Source: Octopus sinensis (taxonomy: Eukaryota). From it: a stretch of 64,000 nucleotides of DNA. Position 1 is the stretch's first letter. The number at the start of each line of letters is the position of its first letter. The translations under genes and the position numbers were made by a program. Of this stretch, positions 24,698 through 39,260 are shown one piece after another. The stretch lies in the NCBI RefSeq assembly GCF_006345805.1, contig NC_043003.1, forward strand, positions 85,808,001 through 85,872,000. Reading direction: 5' to 3'. The notes beneath the pieces are model-generated. The model was not told the DNA's origin and did no database searches. It saw nothing but the letters and a program-made list of their open reading frames with translations.

Positions 24698-25344
24698 ATT
24701 AGAGTGACATACCGTGTAACAAGACTGTACATTTTGAATTCAAGTTATATGTCACCTGATGAGCTTCCGTTTCTATCCAATCGCACCCGGAAAACTCAAT
24801 TAATTAAATGAATTAGTAAAATAATTACTTAATTTAATCAATTAATATTTATTCATCACAGAGTGTGCCAAGAATAGAATCTGAAAGAAATAGTTTCTCA
24901 TTTAGGCACAAGATCAGATATTTTGAGGCTGGATTAGTATTTCGATACCATCGACCCCAGTACATGACTAGTATTTTATATTATCTTGAATTTCATCGTT
25001 AGGAATGAAAAGCACGTTGGCCTCGGTAGGATTCGAACTCAGAACTTAAAAACATAACGCAAAGAACTTTTACTGACGTTACTCTGTAACGATCCTCCCG
25101 GTTCGTCGCTTTGCAGCCTGAAAGTAATAAAGTCGCGTTTCTAGTATCTAATCAAACATTTTCTTTAATGCGTTTACTGGTTTCAAGCATTTGACGGTGG
25201 TCATATTGAATCATCGGCATGAGTATTGCAGCCATGTGCATGGTATTCGATTAATGAAGGGGCTTGATATAGCTGTCCATATTTGTATCTGCTACTGCAA
25301 TGCAGGTTATTTTGAAATATGTGTGCATTAGAAGTCCAAGAGCC

Positions 25345-26110
25345 GGATCTTTTCCCTTTGAACGGCAGATCGAGAAATTAATCTTTTGTAACTAAACACT
25401 TTCAAACTTCGGACACTGGTAGAATGTGTCATATAAAACATTTTTTACTCTCAGTGTTGTTGAGAAAAGTTTCTATTTTGATAGTTATTTCGTGTTAAAG
25501 TTGTCGTATTTCGGTAATTTCAACCAATCAATGACGTGTATTGAGCTGAATAAAATTATTGCCGTTGTTTGTCAGCAACAACTTCCGGCAGTGTATATTT
25601 CGTTTTTCACTGTTATTTATGACATATTTCATCTCAGTTACGTTTGTATGAATAAACGAGTGTATCTGAAGCATGTTTACTTCATGGCACCACCATAATC
25701 GTTCGTGCATTTCTACTGTTTTTAGTTTTTTCTTGTTTTTCAGCTACTATTTTCGGAAAGACCCTAACTCTAAAAACCTAACCCTAACCCTATAACCCTA
25801 AAGCTAAAACCAGTACAAACACACGAACGATGTCATAAATAACAGTGACAAACGAAAAATACACCGCCGATAGTTGTTGTTGACAAACAACGGCAGTAAT
25901 TTTATTCAGCTGAATACACGTCATTGATTGGTTGAAATTACCGAAATACGACAACTTTAACACGAAATAAATTTGACAATAGAAACTTTTCTCAACAACA
26001 CTAAGAGTAAAAGATGTTTTATATGACACATTCTGCCAGTGTCCGAAGTTTGAAAGTGTTTAGTTATAAAAAATTAATTTCTCGATCTGCCGTTCAAAGG
26101 GAAAAGATCC
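25345..26110. mobile_element. Foldback MITE with ~280-bp TIRs and an 8(-9)-bp TSD
   Basis: TIR ggatcttttccctttgaacggcagatcgagaaattaat at both ends; TSD caagagcc at 25337-25344 and 26111-26118. Confidence 0.92.
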
Positions 26111-28502
26111 CAAGAGCCTTTTGAAAGTGCTGACATCTACTCCGTCCATATTCCCTATGTTGTGACGCACGCGCGCGTACACACACATACACACGCATGT
26201 ATGTGTGTATCTGAATACTTTATTCCTTCATTCTTTTATTGATTTCTTTCATTGGACTGCGACCATAGCCAGGCACTACATTTAAGTGTTTCATTGAATA
26301 TATCGATGCTAATACTTTGGAACTGATCTCTCCTAAGGTAGGAAATACAGAGTGGCCTTTGGTGGAAGACGAAAGAACGAGTGACATTTGCGTTCGAATG
26401 CAAGGGATTTAGTTTACTATCTCGCAAATAAATCGGTGTGTCAAAAAAACAACAAAAAACCCCCCAAAAAAACATGTATTTATTTCAACCGAGTTTCACT
26501 TACACTGTTTGGTCACTTTCGCCATCGGAAATGTGAGCAAATGATCGAACCGTTAGAAACCCATGCGCAACTACTTCTCACAAATGCATTATAAAATAAA
26601 ATAAAGAAAATAACCCTATCACAGGAGTTAATGGAGATTCTAGCGTCGGATGTACTTGTTAATAAAGACGTGTTCAATCAGTGATTTACTCGTTGGGAAC
26701 CTATAAGTAACATCGTTATTCATTTTCACAAATGTATAATATAATATATGAAATGAAAATAAGCCTGTTACAGGAGTTAATGGAGGTCCTACCGTCGGAT
26801 GTTCTTCTTAATAAAGAACGTGCTTATTTATTGGGATCTGTTAAAGTAATAAACAAATGATATTTGCAACTAGTAGATGATAAGTGAATGGAGAACGGCG
26901 ATATAGTCATATCTAAATAGAAATGTATATTATAGAGAACAGGCTATTAATATTGAAAGAGAATAGCATTTCAGAAGTAACATCGTGGATACAGCTAGAG
27001 AATGTGGTAAGGATATATATATACGTGTCGCCAAAGAGCAGTTAAAGATGAAGTAAAGCATATACTTATGTTGAAAATAAGTACATTCTTAGAGAAGCTG
27101 CTTAGTAAAATGAAATCCACTCCACAAAAGACAAAGAAAATCGATAAATTGTTTGATAGCAAAAACAAAAATTGCGCTTTTGATGAAATATGAAATTTTT
27201 TGAGAAGAGTTGAATGTAGAAGCAACAAGTACCAGTGGTTTGTGGATCACGCACTGAAAGTTAAGGTAGAAAGATTGGATGTTTTTAGCTTCATCAGTTT
27301 GAATTGAAATGTAACTAAGGATTTATTAAAAAATGCACAACAAAAATCCAAGAACAATGCGACTGAAAATAACAGCTGTGTACTGAGCTTTGTTTCGTTC
27401 CTGAATATCTAATGTAGTATTGTTTTTGGCCGAGTCTATTAGGTGATGGATAATCTGCTGATGTGTTGATGATTCGTATCTCTTCCCTTGTTTGGCGGCG
27501 ACGATAACAACGAACTTAAAGCTCATTCAAAATGTCCATCTAATCCTAAATAGATGAGCTAACGAAGGAGTTGTACGTGATCACAAGATTTCAAGGAAAT
27601 ATTAACCAAATCTTCTTCTTATCCCACCTTACCATTTTATAAAAGATGAAAACTTATGGCAATTTCTTCCTAAATACACTTTGTCTTAAAAATGAATTTA
27701 TCGTGACCCGAACAACAATGCCAATAATTCTGTTCGATCAGAGGAACTGTGAATAAATAACAACAAAACCCCGAAATATGTATCATGGCTTTATTAACGG
27801 AGCGTAATTAACGGAGGTAATTAACGCAGCTAATTAACGGAGCATAATTAACAAATGTTTCGTCATCAAGCATTGCTTTATTACCTTCTCTTAAACTAGT
27901 AAGTTTTGTCATTAAAGCCTAACCCTGATTCTGTTTACGGATTGCCTATGTGTGTATTTTATATTAAACTCATCACACATTTGGAGCTAAGTAGATATGT
28001 TACTCAACCATGAGGAGCTGTTACTAAAAGGAAGAAAGAAAGGGAAAACCTACTTTAACATATTTTTATCTTAAAAAGGTTGAAAGAAATCAATTAAAGA
28101 TCTTAAAAACTGTTCATCCAATAATATCGCAAATATTTTAATAACAAAACATCCTACTTAATCTTCAAAGTATATTCTCCCAAGCAAATAAATTCTCTTT
28201 ACCCAGGAAATATTATCCTTTCACACATGACTACAACTTCATATGAAGAAGTGTGATATACTGAATACATTTACTTATCGTATTATTTCATATCTGTTTT
28301 GAATATAACTCTTAATAATTTCATACATGAAAAAAATGTACTACTTCGTAATTTTTATTTTAATAATTGTAGCTATTAAAAATCTATAGATCATGTCATT
28401 TTTAGAGGTAATTTCTCTAAGCTTATAAAGCTGCTGGTTACATTCTTTCATTCAAATTATTTTTCAACAGTTCCTTTCTCAGTTTTATACTCATAATACC
28501 TA

Positions 28503-28730
28503 TTTCCCTATTACCCACAAGGGGCTAAACACAGAGGGGACAAACAAGGACAGACATAGGTATTAAGTCGATTACATCGACCCCAGTGCGTAACTGTTAC
28601 GTAACTTATCGACCCCGAAAGGATGAAAGGCAAAGTCGACCTCGGCGGAATTTGAACTCACAACGTAACGCAGACGAAATACCGCTAAGCATTTCACCCG
28701 GCGTGCTAACGTTTCTGCCAGCTCGCCGCC
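28503..28730 (-). mobile_element. Young family B SINE with TSD
   Basis: Near-consensus; ctcataatacct repeated at 28490-28501 and 28730-28741. Confidence 0.9.
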
Positions 28731-30029
28731 TCATAATACCTGTATTTATTTTATAGGTTTTCCTTCCAATAAGTCTGCTAGATATACAAAAATAACTGCT
28801 TCTAATTTAGTTGCAAGGCCAGAAATTTTTGCAGGAAGGATTAGTTGATTATATCACCCGCCTCACGTGACTGATATTTTATTTTGTTGAGGTCTGAAAG
28901 CATGAAACGAAAATTTAACTTCATCACTATTTGAACTCAAAATGCAAAAACATGGAACGAATACATAGAGGTATTGTGTTCAACGATCTAACGTTTCAGC
29001 CACATCATCAATTTTAAGGTGCTAAAAAAATAATAAAAGAGAAATTTCAAAAAAAGCGTTAAATGCTTATTTGAGCAAGTTCTAGAGCTCCTATTATTAT
29101 CTATATTAAAATCATAAACACTGACATTATCCTTTTAATATTTAATTACTAGATTTTAACTAGATGTAGTAAACACATAGACCAAATAAATCTACAAATA
29201 GGAGAAAGTATTTTCTTTTATGAAATACTTCCTATGAAACGTAAAAGCCATTTCCTTCGAAAAAAAAAAAAAGATTAGATAATTTCAAAAAGATAATTTT
29301 TGTTTTTGCAAAATGTACTAATTATTAAGTGGTAGTAAACAACTCAAGCCAATGATGAAGGTAAACAATGAAGAATTGCATTCAACGCATAATTACTGAA
29401 ACGCTTCGAATGTAGAAAATTTCGCAATCAGAGAACATTTCCAGTTGGAGCAATTATCTACATTTCTTTGCCATTATATAAATAATTATGTCTCAGCTAT
29501 AGCCTCATTTACATTGTGTCATTTCTAAGGTACTTTTAATCAATGAGTAATTTTAATAAATTAGAAGACTTTGCGTTTGTTATTTTCCTTCATCCTAATT
29601 ATTTTTCCTTAAACTGCATTTGAACGAGCAATAATTCAGAGAAGGAACGATGTTTCCATTTATATAATGATATTCAGCCATTTAAAGTTACTCCAGCATG
29701 CCCTATTCATAAACAACCATAATTAAATAAGTGTCAACACATTTAATGAAGAGAACATTAAAAATCTAATTAGAAATGATTACACGCTGAAAAAAAAACA
29801 TACAATTTTAGTCAATGGCGTATTTTTTCGGCAAGTACAAGAGACAATTCTAGACATATTTTGGCCTCATCAGCGAAATGCTTCTTATCGATTATGATAA
29901 GAGTAGAAGTGTCTGTGAAATAATCAGCCACTTATGTTATATAACAATGGTTTCTAATTTTCGTATATGACCATTCACAATTTCAAGGGTTAGTAGATGA
30001 CATATTTCCTTATATTTTATAATATTTTC

Positions 30030-31080
30030 TGATTTATGCACAAGGCCCATAATTTCGAGGATGGGGTGGAATTGTCAATGCCATCGCCCCCGTACTAGAG
30101 CTGGTACTTTATTATTTTTGAACCTGAAAGAATGAAACGCAAATTTGACATTGGCGAGATTTGAACTCAGAACATAAAGAGTGGGAACAAATAGCGCTGT
30201 ACCAATTCTGCCAACTCGCCGCTTTCTTTCTTATAGTATATGATAATGATTTCCGATTTGAACTTTCTGCTTTAGGCACAAGATCAACAATCTTAAGAGG
30301 AGTGGTCGATACCATCGACCCCAGTACTTGAATATTACTTTATTTTATGGACCCCAGAGGAATAAAAGATAAAGTTGTTCTTGGCAGGACCCGAACCCAT
30401 TTATACTATGTAATGCAATGAGTTTGTATATAGATCTTTTAATTGAACAAATGAAATATCCATTCGCTGAAACTGGAAAGAGAATTTATTTCAAGTAAAA
30501 GTCTAGCTACAGAGAATTCTTCATTTCTTCAAAAACAAGGCGGCGAGCTGGAAGAATAGTTAGCACGTCGGGTAAAATGCTTAGCAGCATTTCGAGATCG
30601 ACTTCGCCTTTTATCCTTTTTGGGGTCAATGGAATAAGTACCAGTTGCGCACTCTCCCAAAATCATTGGCCTTGTGCCAAATTTTGAAACCAATATCAAT
30701 ATTCCAGACTGATTTTCGTCTGAAACCGCTTCCATCCACCTTCATTTTTAGTGTTTATGAAGAAACCCTGATATATTCCAGTTCGCTTCCCTTATAAGCC
30801 TGCAGCCTTATTAGATATATTACTATATATATTTGCCAAGATACAAATTTTTAACCAGCGAACTAAATGCCTTGTAAGAGTTGTTAGATCATCGGACAAA
30901 ATGTTAACATTTCTTCCTGCACTTTCTCTTCTGAGTTTAAATCCTGTTGAGGCTATCGTTGCTTTTCATTCCTCTGGAGTCGATAAAGTAAGGTACCAAC
31001 CAAGTATTGGATGCGATGGTATCGACTCACCTCTAGTTTCAAAATTGCTGACATTGTACTTAAATTAGAAAATTATTTTG
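30030..31080. mobile_element. Cluster of old family B SINE fragments (both strands)
   Basis: Diverged Deu/Nin cores near 30030-30230(-), 30260-30395(-), 30528-30690(+) and 30860-31080(+). Confidence 0.55.
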
Positions 31081-34000
31081 TTTCTTTCTAAGTTCGAAAT
31101 TCAGATTCTTTCGGGATAGACTATGTTTAGATCAATAACCTAAGTGCAAATATACTGAATCATATTGACCGACATTACACACCTGCCTTATATATTTAAA
31201 GCACCTTGTCGTTTAAGAAATACATGCAAATATTATAGAAGGTAATAAGCAGGATATTTATAACGCGTTAGAGTAGTTATCATCACTCTGGTCTAAGCTT
31301 ACGTTGCTTGGATCGACTCTTCCTTTGAAATCTGGGACTGATAAACTAAGCATATTAATTCTCTAGTGTGGATGCTTCGACAATTGCTACCTGTTATAGT
31401 CAGCCTTGTTCTTGAGTAAGAAATCAATATTATCATTAGAGGAAAGTTCTGTATTAAGCCAATTCTGCATTGAACCATTTGTAATAGTAATAATCAATAA
31501 CTTTAAAAGTGAAACCAGTATCAAACGACTTTTGTCCATTTGTATTTAGTGTCAGATTTCTCTTTCTATTGAATATCAGATGTAATAGGTTGGTATATGA
31601 CTAGTCATTCGTGGACTGATATATTTTTTATAATTAGATTTACACCTTTCCCTGTTATAAACTGATCGAGTCAATTACTTAATTCTCTTTTCATGATTAG
31701 TGCTATCCATCAATGCTTCTGTTAACACCAACCAAATCGGGATATTTATATCGCATTGGGAGCTTGGAGGTAAAATGTTAGTTTTTTTTTCTTTTTTTGC
31801 ACCACTACCTGACAATCAAGTCTATTCCTGGTGGCTCCTAGTTTGTAATTTTTCAGAAACAGTCTAAAAAAAGATCAAACTTCCAGTATGAAGTTAAACT
31901 TAGTGTTTATATCCAACAAAGCATTCATCAGTTTCACAGTGCTGCCATTGTTTATGGCTTAAAGTTCAGAACCCAAGGAAACTGGTGAGGGTCTGCGCCT
32001 GCAACTCTAAATCAAAAGGAGGATTCATGGTAAGTTGAGAATTTCAGCTGCTCCGAGGAGTAGAGAGTAGAAAGTCTAAAGCCTACTACTAAAGTCTAAA
32101 GCCTCGGGCTTATACTCGTATATAGAGGATAGGGGAAAAAACGAAGATTTGTTAGTCTGGTTGACAGCACATAAAATAAACGGCAACACAGTTGCCGTCT
32201 ATTTTCAATGTTGTTAGCCAAGGAATCCTTTCGTCTTTCTTTAGTATACGATATTTTGTGTTGTGTAACATGTCTACAACGAATGTGGGTTGAGGATCAT
32301 ATAAAGTTGATATAATGAACTTCTGTTTCATATTGGTATTTGCGTTTGTTTATAGGCTGAAGTCGATGTCATTAAGATTACCATTCACTTTTTGTGTCAT
32401 CAACAATGAAAAAATATTCTTGAACTTTTTCTGCCCACCTTTGAAGAGCAAGTGCCTGAAACACTAGACTTTCTATTCCTCACGTTACTTATAATTATTT
32501 GACATCCCACGAAATCTCCACAAATATCGAACTGTAAAACCTATAATACCTTCTTCAAACAAAGTGGAATGGTCAAGGAGTGAAGTTAACATAATGCAGT
32601 TAACAGTTTATTAGTCTACTGACTCTTCAGCCGGTTTCCTACTGTTCTATTGACTTGGACGTCTACGGTTTTTTGTTGCTAGTAATGTTCTGATTAATGG
32701 AAATGACGTTTAGCTATATTGTTGTATTGTAAGATAAGATCATTGCTAAACATTGATTTGTTGTAATAATAGAATCGATCATAGAAAGTCAATTCAATAG
32801 TCTAAGCAATACAGTGCCGTTCGAAATTTAGCCTCGTTTTCCTATTTTCTAAATACAGAGACCAGCGGATGTTTTGCTTTCCATCTCCACAAAGTTAATA
32901 GAACGAGTAATATTAGAGTATAGAGGTTCCTTTAATCGATTTAATACAACCTTCTTACAAACTGTTGCTTTTGAAATAACCAAGTTGCTGAGTGAGGCTA
33001 TAATGAGTGGTTAAGAAGTTCGTTTTGCAACTTCGTGAATCAGGGTCCCACCGCACTGTGTGGTACCTTGACAAGTACCATAATTTGAGTATAATGTAAA
33101 CTGTGTCTGTTCATGGGTAGCAGATTTAATTCCTCATTTAGTTCAATAGTATCATCTGGTCCGTGTGTGGTTTCTGTTGCAAGGCTAGATCTCCAGTCTG
33201 AAAATAAATTCCTCCTACAAGTCACAGAAATCAACAAAAGGGTCATGGGAGTTAGTTTTTAACCTGAATAATCTAAGAACAAAATTACGGGAAAATATTT
33301 CATGTGTATCTATATTTTTGTATTACTGAAATATCAGCAATATCTGAGAATGGTTTAGAATATTAATTTTCCCAATCAATCAGTCGATTAGGTTATAATT
33401 TCGTCATTGCTATTAAATTGGAATATTAAAGGTTTTTTACTTGTACATTCTCTGAATTTTGTTGATTTAGCTTCTGTGTAACCAGGTTTTTTTAATGTCA
33501 ATACTTCCTACAAGCTAATGAAGAATTTTTATTTTCGGTATTTCAACAGATTTAACCTGAAATTATTGTTTGATCTCCATCTTTTCATACAAATAACTTA
33601 AAGATGTTTAACAGATAACACTGTATCATTGACATTTAACTGATAGCCATCGAGCTATATCATTAACAATGCATTGATCTCTCTTTCATGTTATCAATTC
33701 ATTATAGCATTACATTCCATTTCATGAATTATAATTTTTGCCTTAATGCTTGTAATTTTAAATGAACTCTGCTCTATATGTAAGCATCGATTTATTTTTC
33801 TCACAAAATAATGTCCATATTTTTCTACTTTTGGGTTTGATTCTTTTTCATTTTATTGATTGTTGCTTCTCCTGATTTTTATACTGCTTCTTGTTTCCTT
33901 TGATTCATAAAGCATCACTTGCTTACCTTTAGGTGCTTTCAGAACAATTTTCGGCCTTTAATGCATTACTTGTATCATTAATGCAGATGCCATTTGAAAT

Positions 34001-34112
34001 CAGACTTAATACATTTCAATTTATGTAAATTTAGAGAGTGCTTTTGGCTTATTTCTGTGATCTCAACTGATTCACATTTCCCTGTTTCTTTATTTGTGTA
34101 TTACAGACGTTC

Positions 34113-34191
<79 letters not shown>

Positions 34192-34259
34192 TGCACACAC
34201 AATACATGCGTACGTATGTACGTAATACATACAATTATACATACATACATATATATGTA

Positions 34260-34760
34260 GGCATCATGTCAACAAAAAGCAACGCATAGGCACATATCCC
34301 ATAAACTAGAGGATAACAACAGCTTTTACAGGAAGAGTAGCATCTCCTAGGCCTGTGATAGGTATATTACATCCTACCTAGAAGGATATGCCTTTACTAT
34401 TAAAGAACAGGAGATAGCTATGGAATACCCGATGAACAAAAGAGGTAAAGACACTATTAAATCTCCACGTTGAAATAGAAAATGTCAGCTCACTGTAGAG
34501 GATATTACCTACATCATCAACAACTGGGCCAAAACGTCTGATGCTGCCTGCCCTTGGAGCATGATGTAGTTGCAAAGGCTATTACAACGCTGACCGCATG
34601 CAGGATCGCTCTGACATATACAACAAAGGCATGTCAGAACCAGTATTTATTAACACCTTTAAAAACAAGGAATATTAGCAGAGCACTCCAATAAAAGCCA
34701 GAAATTTGGTGCAAACATACAGACTTAATATTCTGTTGTATAGGCCAGTTGTCCAGCAGA
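34260..34760 (+). mobile_element. Decayed R4/Dong-like (RLE) LINE fragment
   Basis: ITSYLEGYAFTIKEQEIA and VEDITYII..H.D.VAK-like pieces typical of the pre-zinc-knuckle region. Confidence 0.5.
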
Positions 34761-35235
34761 TGTAAGCGTACCATCAAAATGCAGGAAAACGAGAAAATTT
34801 GTACCTCGACTATAAATTCTCATTTGTATTATCATTACAGTACATTACGTTATGGACCTATAAGTTTACACCAAAATCTAGATGTATTAGTTTTTTCGAA
34901 GAAACAACAAAAGAAACTGACGAGGATTCTTCAAATCCAATCTATTAGCGGCACACCGTAGATTTGTAAGACATTCCGAAGATTCTTCATCTAAAATTCT
35001 TTAGATAACTAGATGCATGCACTTGAGTTTGCGCACCTAAAACTCAACCAACGCACTAACTTAATTACATATTTACAAACACCGGGAACTCTCTTAACTC
35101 AAAAAGACTTGTTTTGTTAGCCAAGGCTTGGACTCTCTCAAGAAGAACTTAAGAGAACTCAAAGAAAATAGATACATACATACACACATATACATACATA
35201 CATACATACATACATACATACATACATACATACAT

Positions 35236-35787
35236 GGTGGCTGCCTCCTCGTTATCGAGTATGGCCATTGCACGAAGCTTAATCAATGTTGTTATCGTGC
35301 AATGCCTGTGCAAGAAGATATTTTTTTAAGTGAGGAAAGGCTGTGCACTGAGTCAATCCCACTCACTAAGCAACAGCCGCCACAATCCGAAAAGAAGAAT
35401 AAGTCAACATCATCGGTAACCACTGAGCCGCAGATTTTATGTCGGAGTTATCCCAGTTACCTGAGTTGCCTTCTCCTAGAAGGATGCCCTGACAAAGGCT
35501 AGGAGTCCTTCACTCCCAATGGTTTAACTGCGCGATCGGGTATTCAATCCGATTATTTCTATGTCCCCGCGCATGATACAGCTTTAAGACATTTATTGGA
35601 TGGCCGTTGACTGTCAAGAGTTCCTCCGCCCTTTGACGGGTTTTGTTTTTCATCCCGCAGGGTGTCCAATAAACACCCTCCTCACCAAGCGAGCTTAGTG
35701 GGGTTGCCGGTTTAGTCGCCGACGACCCGACCATGCAACAGGTAGTACTGGGTTACATGTTACCAGTAGCACTCGAAAGTGACCTGA
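35236..35787 (-). mobile_element. GC-richer interspersed repeat inserted in (CATA)n, possibly an RTE-LINE 5' region
   Basis: Non-coding, structured block with (TACA)n on both sides. The class is a guess. Confidence 0.35.
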
Positions 35788-36289
35788 CATACACATACAT
35801 ACATACATACATACATACATACATACATACATACATGCATACATACATACATGCATACATACATACATACATGCATGCATACATACATTCATACGCACTT
35901 ATGTATGTACATATATACATATACAAACATACATACGTACATCTGTAAAAAATATCATCGTGCGGAACACCAAAAACATACAGTAACAATGGCGATATCC
36001 TTGAGAGTGTATCTGAAAAAATCACTGAAGAAACAAATACTAGTAAAAGACCTGATTATCGGATACTAAAATCGAAGCTAAAACTGGGGTTACAGAATAC
36101 CATGATAAAGTGTTGGCATGAAAAACTCCTACATGAAATGTTTCTCTCGATGCACAACGTACTCCATTTTAAAAGTAATACTGACCGACTCTACTGAGAA
36201 GGGAAGGTGGTAGAAGATTGATAAATGCGGAAGACACTGCTAATACTATGATACTGGGTCTAAAAATTATGCTATGCGGAGTAAAGAAA

Positions 36290-37196
36290 GCATAGTATCA
36301 GCAACCAGAAATACCAGAAAAAAAAGTGTCCGAAACAATAGGAGGATTCAAAGAGAAAAGGAAGAATAATGGAGTAAATAGATTGAAAGACACGAAACTA
36401 CATGGCCAATTCATGCAAACAAACCAAATGTTGGAAATAAAGATCGCTGGCTCTAGCTGACAGATGGAAACTTGAAATGAGAGACAGAAGTGCTGGTTAT
36501 AACAGCTCAGAAACAAACCCTTAGAACAAACCTGATAAAGGCAAAGATCGACAAAACTTAGTCAGACAGTAAATGTAGAATTTGCAGGAAATGAATCATC
36601 TTTTGAATGAGTGTAATATACTAGCACAGAAGGAATATGGACGCAGAAAGAGGGTATAGGTAGAAAAGTGCATGTGAAGGTTAGCCGTGTGTGTGACTTC
36701 AAAGCAACAGTAAAGTGTTATGAACGGGAACCAGAGGCTGTGTTAGAAAATGAAGATTACAAGGTCTTGTTTGATTTCAACATAAAGACTGAGATCATAT
36801 TATTGAAGCAAGAATGCCAGATATGATCATAGAGGACAAAATAAACAGTGTAAGATCATATCTTTTGCAATTCCTTATGATAGCGGAGTCGATATGAAAG
36901 AAATTGAAAAAATTTAGAAATATCAGGATCTAGCAAGAGCTGAGGAGACTAGAAGACCAAGATAACAATAATTCCTGTATTTATTGGAGCACTTTGTACG
37001 ACACCCAAAATTCTCCCTAAAATACTGAAAGGGATTTGAATTGAAACTCGTATTGTCGACTTGCAGAAGGTACTATTTTATATTCTACAAGAATCCTACG
37101 GAAGATTTTTGAGAGTTGAGGAAATATGTTGTCACTAAACATCAAGGTAAAGCACCTGCTAACTAAAATGCTAACTAAAAGAATGCACTAGCGTAC

Positions 37197-37230
<34 letters not shown>
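36290..37230 (+). mobile_element. R4/Dong-clade LINE 3' portion with (TAA)n tail
   Basis: KLHGQF, ETE.LVITAQ.QTLRT, KCRIC, KVLFDFNIKT.HIIEAR.PD, KYQDLA, IPV.IGAL, ending in (TAA)n from 37196. Confidence 0.85.
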
Positions 37231-37272
<42 letters not shown>

Positions 37273-37285
37273 AATGATGATAATG

Positions 37286-37331
<46 letters not shown>

Positions 37332-37404
37332 TGCAAATAATGATAATAATATGGATGCAAATAAGGATTATGATATGGATGCAAAGACCAACTCTTAACC
37401 AATC

Positions 37405-38985
37405 GCATGATCTTTGAGAACTGTCATAACAAACGCAGAAATCTCAGTTCTGCATGGATTGATTATAAAATGGCCTTCGACCGTATACTGCATTCATGGA
37501 TCTTGAAATCGCTGGATATCTTCAACATTTCTTCTGTGATTTCAAACTTCCTGATGCACAACATGTCAATGTGGAATATGAGTCTCCAATTATACCACTC
37601 TGATGAAGTACTGACCACAAAAATTATTAATATCAACTGCGGCATTTTCCAAGATGACTCACTTTCACCTTTAATTTTCTGCATAGCCCTAATACCCCTT
37701 ACAAGTAAACTTAACAGAACAAGGTATGGATATAAAATCGGTGACAAGAAAATAAGTCATCTGTTTTATGTGGATGACTTAAAACTCTATGGCAAAGACG
37801 ATAATGAGCTTGAAGGACTACTACATACTCTGAAAGCATTCAGTGATGACATCGGGATGGAATTTGGTCTTGATAAATGTGCCAAAGCCACTTTCCAGAA
37901 AGGAAAATTGAAGACCTCACATTCAGTGGTATTGGGTGTTGATACAGTCATAAAAGAACTCAAGCAGGAACAATCTTACAAATACCACGGAATAAAGGGG
38001 GGCTTTGGCATTCAGCATGCAAGTATGAAAGAGATCAGGAAAAAGTGTAACAGGTGAGTTCGAAATTTCAGATGTTAGCTATAAATTCCTTAGCACTTAC
38101 GGTTGTTATTTACAGTTTCAATGCGTTGTACTGGAATATGAGCGAAATAAGGAAGATTGATAGGAAAATCCGTAAGCTGTTGACTTGCAATAATATGCAC
38201 AACCCAAAGGCAGACGCAGAACGTCTCTACCAGAGCTCAAGGAGGTCGGGGCTTGAAATCCAATTTGAAATCTCCTACAAAACTACCACAAATGGACTGG
38301 CAAAATATCCTGAAACATCTAACGACTAGATGCAAAAGCTCGTTGAAAACCACGAAAGACGTAAGAAGCTTAGTTCTGTTATAAAGGAGAGCAAAACATT
38401 TTCAAGAGAGTTTATGTATAATATCCAAGTTTAGGTTAGTGAAGGTTAGCCGTGTGTGTGACTTCAAAGCAACAGTAAAGTGTTATGAACGGGAACTAGA
38501 GGCTGTGTTAGGAAATGAAGATTACAAGGTCTTGTTTGATTTCAACATAAAGACTGAGACCATATTATTGAAGCAAGAAGGCCAGATATGATCATAGAGG
38601 ACAAAATAAACAGACGAAGATCATAGCTTTTGCAATTCCTTATGATAGCGGAGTCGATATGAAAGAAATTGAAAAAATTTAGAAATATCAGGATCTAGCA
38701 TGATGGAAGTACAGCAGCTGTAGTTGCAAAGAAGGTGAAATCAATAGCAAAGCAAAATGCGTTTGAACAATTGACTGATAGGTGAGAACAAAAACCTCTG
38801 CATGGCAAATATGTGGCCTGTAGCAAACAAGCTGATGTAGGCCAGAAGCACACCCATCAGTGGCTACGGAGCTCTGGGCTGAGGACAGAGAGTGAAGGCT
38901 TTATCTTGGCTGCTCAAGACCAGAGGTTATTGACCCGGAACTATCAAGCCGGAAGAAATACACTCAATCATTTGTCAAGTGTGTT
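37405..38985 (+). mobile_element. R4/Dong-clade LINE reverse-transcriptase region, decayed
   Basis: ORF 37407-38057: AWIDYKMAFD, GIFQDDSLSPL, SHLFYVDDLKLY, FSDDIGMEFGLDKCA; downstream KPLHGKY and LRTESEGFILAAQDQ. Confidence 0.92.
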
Positions 38986-39059
38986 AACGATTCTGCCAGC
39001 TCACTATCATAATGATGATGATGAAAATGATAATAATAATAATTCTTTCTACTGAAGGT

Positions 39060-39260
39060 ACGAAGCCTGAAATTTTTGGGGAGGTGACTAGTCAATTACA
39101 TCGACCCTTTTACTCAACTAGTAGTTATTTCATCGACCCCAAAAGAGTAAAAGGTAAAGTCGACCTTGGCGGAATTTGAACTCAGAACGTAAAGACGGAC
39201 GAAATGCCGCTAAGCATTTTTCCCGGTGTGCTAACGATTCTGCTAGTTCGCCACCTTTAG
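39060..39260 (-). mobile_element. Older family B SINE
   Basis: Complete head, core and ggcctgaaattt-type tail. Confidence 0.75.

Noticed and set aside
24705-24800. CTGATGA with flanking stems as a hammerhead
   Set aside because: No NUH before the stem I strand and no correctly placed GAAA after stem II.
26995-27300. Possible LINE ORF remnant
   Set aside because: Multiple stops and no diagnostic motif I can name.
35236-35300. HDV-like ribozyme suggested by gcc-tcctcg
   Set aside because: The P3 and P1 complements are absent at the required positions.
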